In this document: positions 62,877-64,000 of the stretch, piece by piece
How the letters are laid out: each line of letters starts with the position of its first letter
Position numbering within the stretch: the stretch's first letter is position 1
DNA from: an uncultured Planctomycetaceae bacterium
Lineage (GTDB): Bacteria; Planctomycetota; Planctomycetia; Pirellulales; PALSA-1355
Reading direction: 5' to 3'
DNA length: 64,000 bases
Assembly: GCA_963785305.1 (NCBI GenBank)
Contig: CAWAUV010000005.1
Coordinates: 640,001 to 704,000, forward strand
Translations under genes and position numbers: made by a program
Notes under the pieces: model-generated
What the model was told of the DNA's origin: nothing
What the model saw: only the letters and a program-made list of their open reading frames with translations
Database searches by the model: none

Positions 62877-64000
62877 GGATCAGCCGAAAAATAACTTCCC
62901 GGGAATTTGTTTCATGGGTTTGGCGGTGTAGTTTAGCAGGGGTAGCTGTTCGTCGAACTTGATCGGCATCATTTCGCGAAATGCGGTGGTTACTTTTCGC
63001 TTCAGTTGATAGGCCTTATCCATAATGTTCACCGAGACTTTGAGGCCGGTGCTGGTATGAGTTCGTTCGATACACTTCTTCGCCAAGTCGATGCCGCGGA
63101 GCACGATGCCCGACAGGGCGCGCGAGACGTGGGGAAACAGGCGATGTTCGATCGGATTGTACTTGGAACAGTAAGGAAGATAATGCGCCACGCGGATCGG
63201 CAGGCCGATCTGATTGGCCAGGCATTGCAGGTCTTGTTTGAAAATCCGATGCCGACAATTATTGCTACCGCCCGCGTCGCAAAAGAGCAGGATCGAAGTG
63301 GCGTGGGGATAGGTCGCTTGGCCCGTGGTTTGCCACCAGCCGAAGACGCAATCGCGGACGAACTCGCTCGTGTCGTGACTCACGCCCAGCGTGATATGGC
63401 CCAGGTTCGTGGCCAGATCGTAGATGCCATGCGGAACCAGTTGGAGTTGGCCGGGTCGCTTGAAGTCGTGGTCGAGCACGCGGTTTGGGCCGTCGGACCA
63501 AGCCCGGCCGTCGGGCTGAAACTCGCCGATCGGCTCCTTTTTCTTGGTGTCGATGCTGAGAGCCGGGTTGCCGGCGTCGAGATACTCGGCTTTCAAGGCG
63601 GCGATTTTTTCGAATTGCTCGTCGCGAAATTCACAGACGCCGAGTGCTTTCGTTTTCTCGGGCCGTCGCAACGAGAAGCCGCCATCGACGAGCAGTTGGC
63701 GCACCGTATCCCCGCGGATCGGCGTGCCGCGGTCGTCCAAGGCGGTGGCGATTTCGGCGGGCGTGAGATTGGTCCAGGTCACGTCCTCGCGCATCGGATC
63801 GCCCGCCGTGTGTTCGTCGACGATCTCGATCAAGTTTTCGGCGATGGCGGGGTTGCTATCAAGACAGCACTTGCGTCCCCCCTTTTTTACGCACGCGTCC
63901 GGCGGCCGGATCGCGCGGCAATTGGCCGACGTCGGCCGTCCCGCGCCGCACGGTTTTGGGATCGCAGTCGAACAGCTTGGCAATATATTCCCCGCCGCCG
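62877..64000 (-). mobile_element. ISAzo13-family insertion sequence (other end outside window)
   Basis: End sequence GGATCAGCCGAAAAATAAC is preceded by TAA (candidate 3-bp target duplication); contains the transposase. Confidence 0.85.
62880..64000 (-). CDS. ISAzo13-family (Rhodopirellula-type) DDE transposase, 5'-truncated by the window edge
   Basis: TAGDPM, RDEQF, SIDTKKKE, DHDF, PHGIYD, HDTSEF, CDAGGSN, SKYNPIEHRLF. Confidence 0.92.
   Translation of the reverse strand, partial: AAGNILPSCSTAIPKPCGAGRPTSANCRAIRPPDACVKKGGRKCCLDSNPAIAENLIEIVDEHTAGDPMREDVTWTNLTPAEIATALDDRGTPIRGDTVRQLLVDGGFSLRRPEKTKALGVCEFRDEQFEKIAALKAEYLDAGNPALSIDTKKKEPIGEFQPDGRAWSDGPNRVLDHDFKRPGQLQLVPHGIYDLATNLGHITLGVSHDTSEFVRDCVFGWWQTTGQATYPHATSILLFCDAGGSNNCRHRIFKQDLQCLANQIGLPIRVAHYLPYCSKYNPIEHRLFPHVSRALSGIVLRGIDLAKKCIERTHTSTGLKVSVNIMDKAYQLKRKVTTAFREMMPIKFDEQLPLLNYTAKPMKQIPGKLFFG

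Noticed and set aside
1..64000. CRISPR array, retron or group II reverse transcriptase, prophage, integrase
   Set aside because: I found no regularly spaced repeats, RT motifs, phage structural genes or recombinase motifs by eye.

Overview
GC-rich bacterial chromosomal segment, most likely from a planctomycete (Pirellulales-like). The assignment rests on an 'E.LE.R.LLA' planctomycete export motif, PEP-CTERM proteins, H4MPT/methanofuran C1 genes and an ISAzo13 transposase. Many genes, including fmt, carA, lipA and glgA, are broken by 1-2 nt frameshifts. These look like long-read consensus errors, so I joined the fragments into single genes. Content from left to right: a bPH / Zn-ribbon-STN / pseudokinase-STN cluster; gdhA; a sugar ABC permease and binding protein; a Ser/Thr kinase; lipA; smpB; a Zrg-like ABC + DUF3299 + CPFC operon with a His-rich permease; a hybrid histidine kinase; a 14-kb surface-protein locus (cohesin-like PEP-CTERM protein, dockerin-bearing S53 protease, giant beta-strand-repeat PEP-CTERM protein); an mfnD/F/E-like trio; a Cys-rich secreted protein; carA; a candidate sRNA; a low-GC two-gene cassette encoding a PD-(D/E)xK-like nuclease with a hydrophobic tail; tRNA-His; three accessory genes; tRNA-Lys; fmt; an ECF sigma/anti-sigma pair; glgA; and an ISAzo13 element inserted into the start of a gene. 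The best candidates for undescribed systems are the nuclease cassette, the cohesin/dockerin protease-display locus, the metal-handling operon, the STN/pseudokinase module, the orphan sRNA and a ~80-90 bp MITE-like repeat present in three copies. All family assignments come from motif recognition by eye; no database searches were run.
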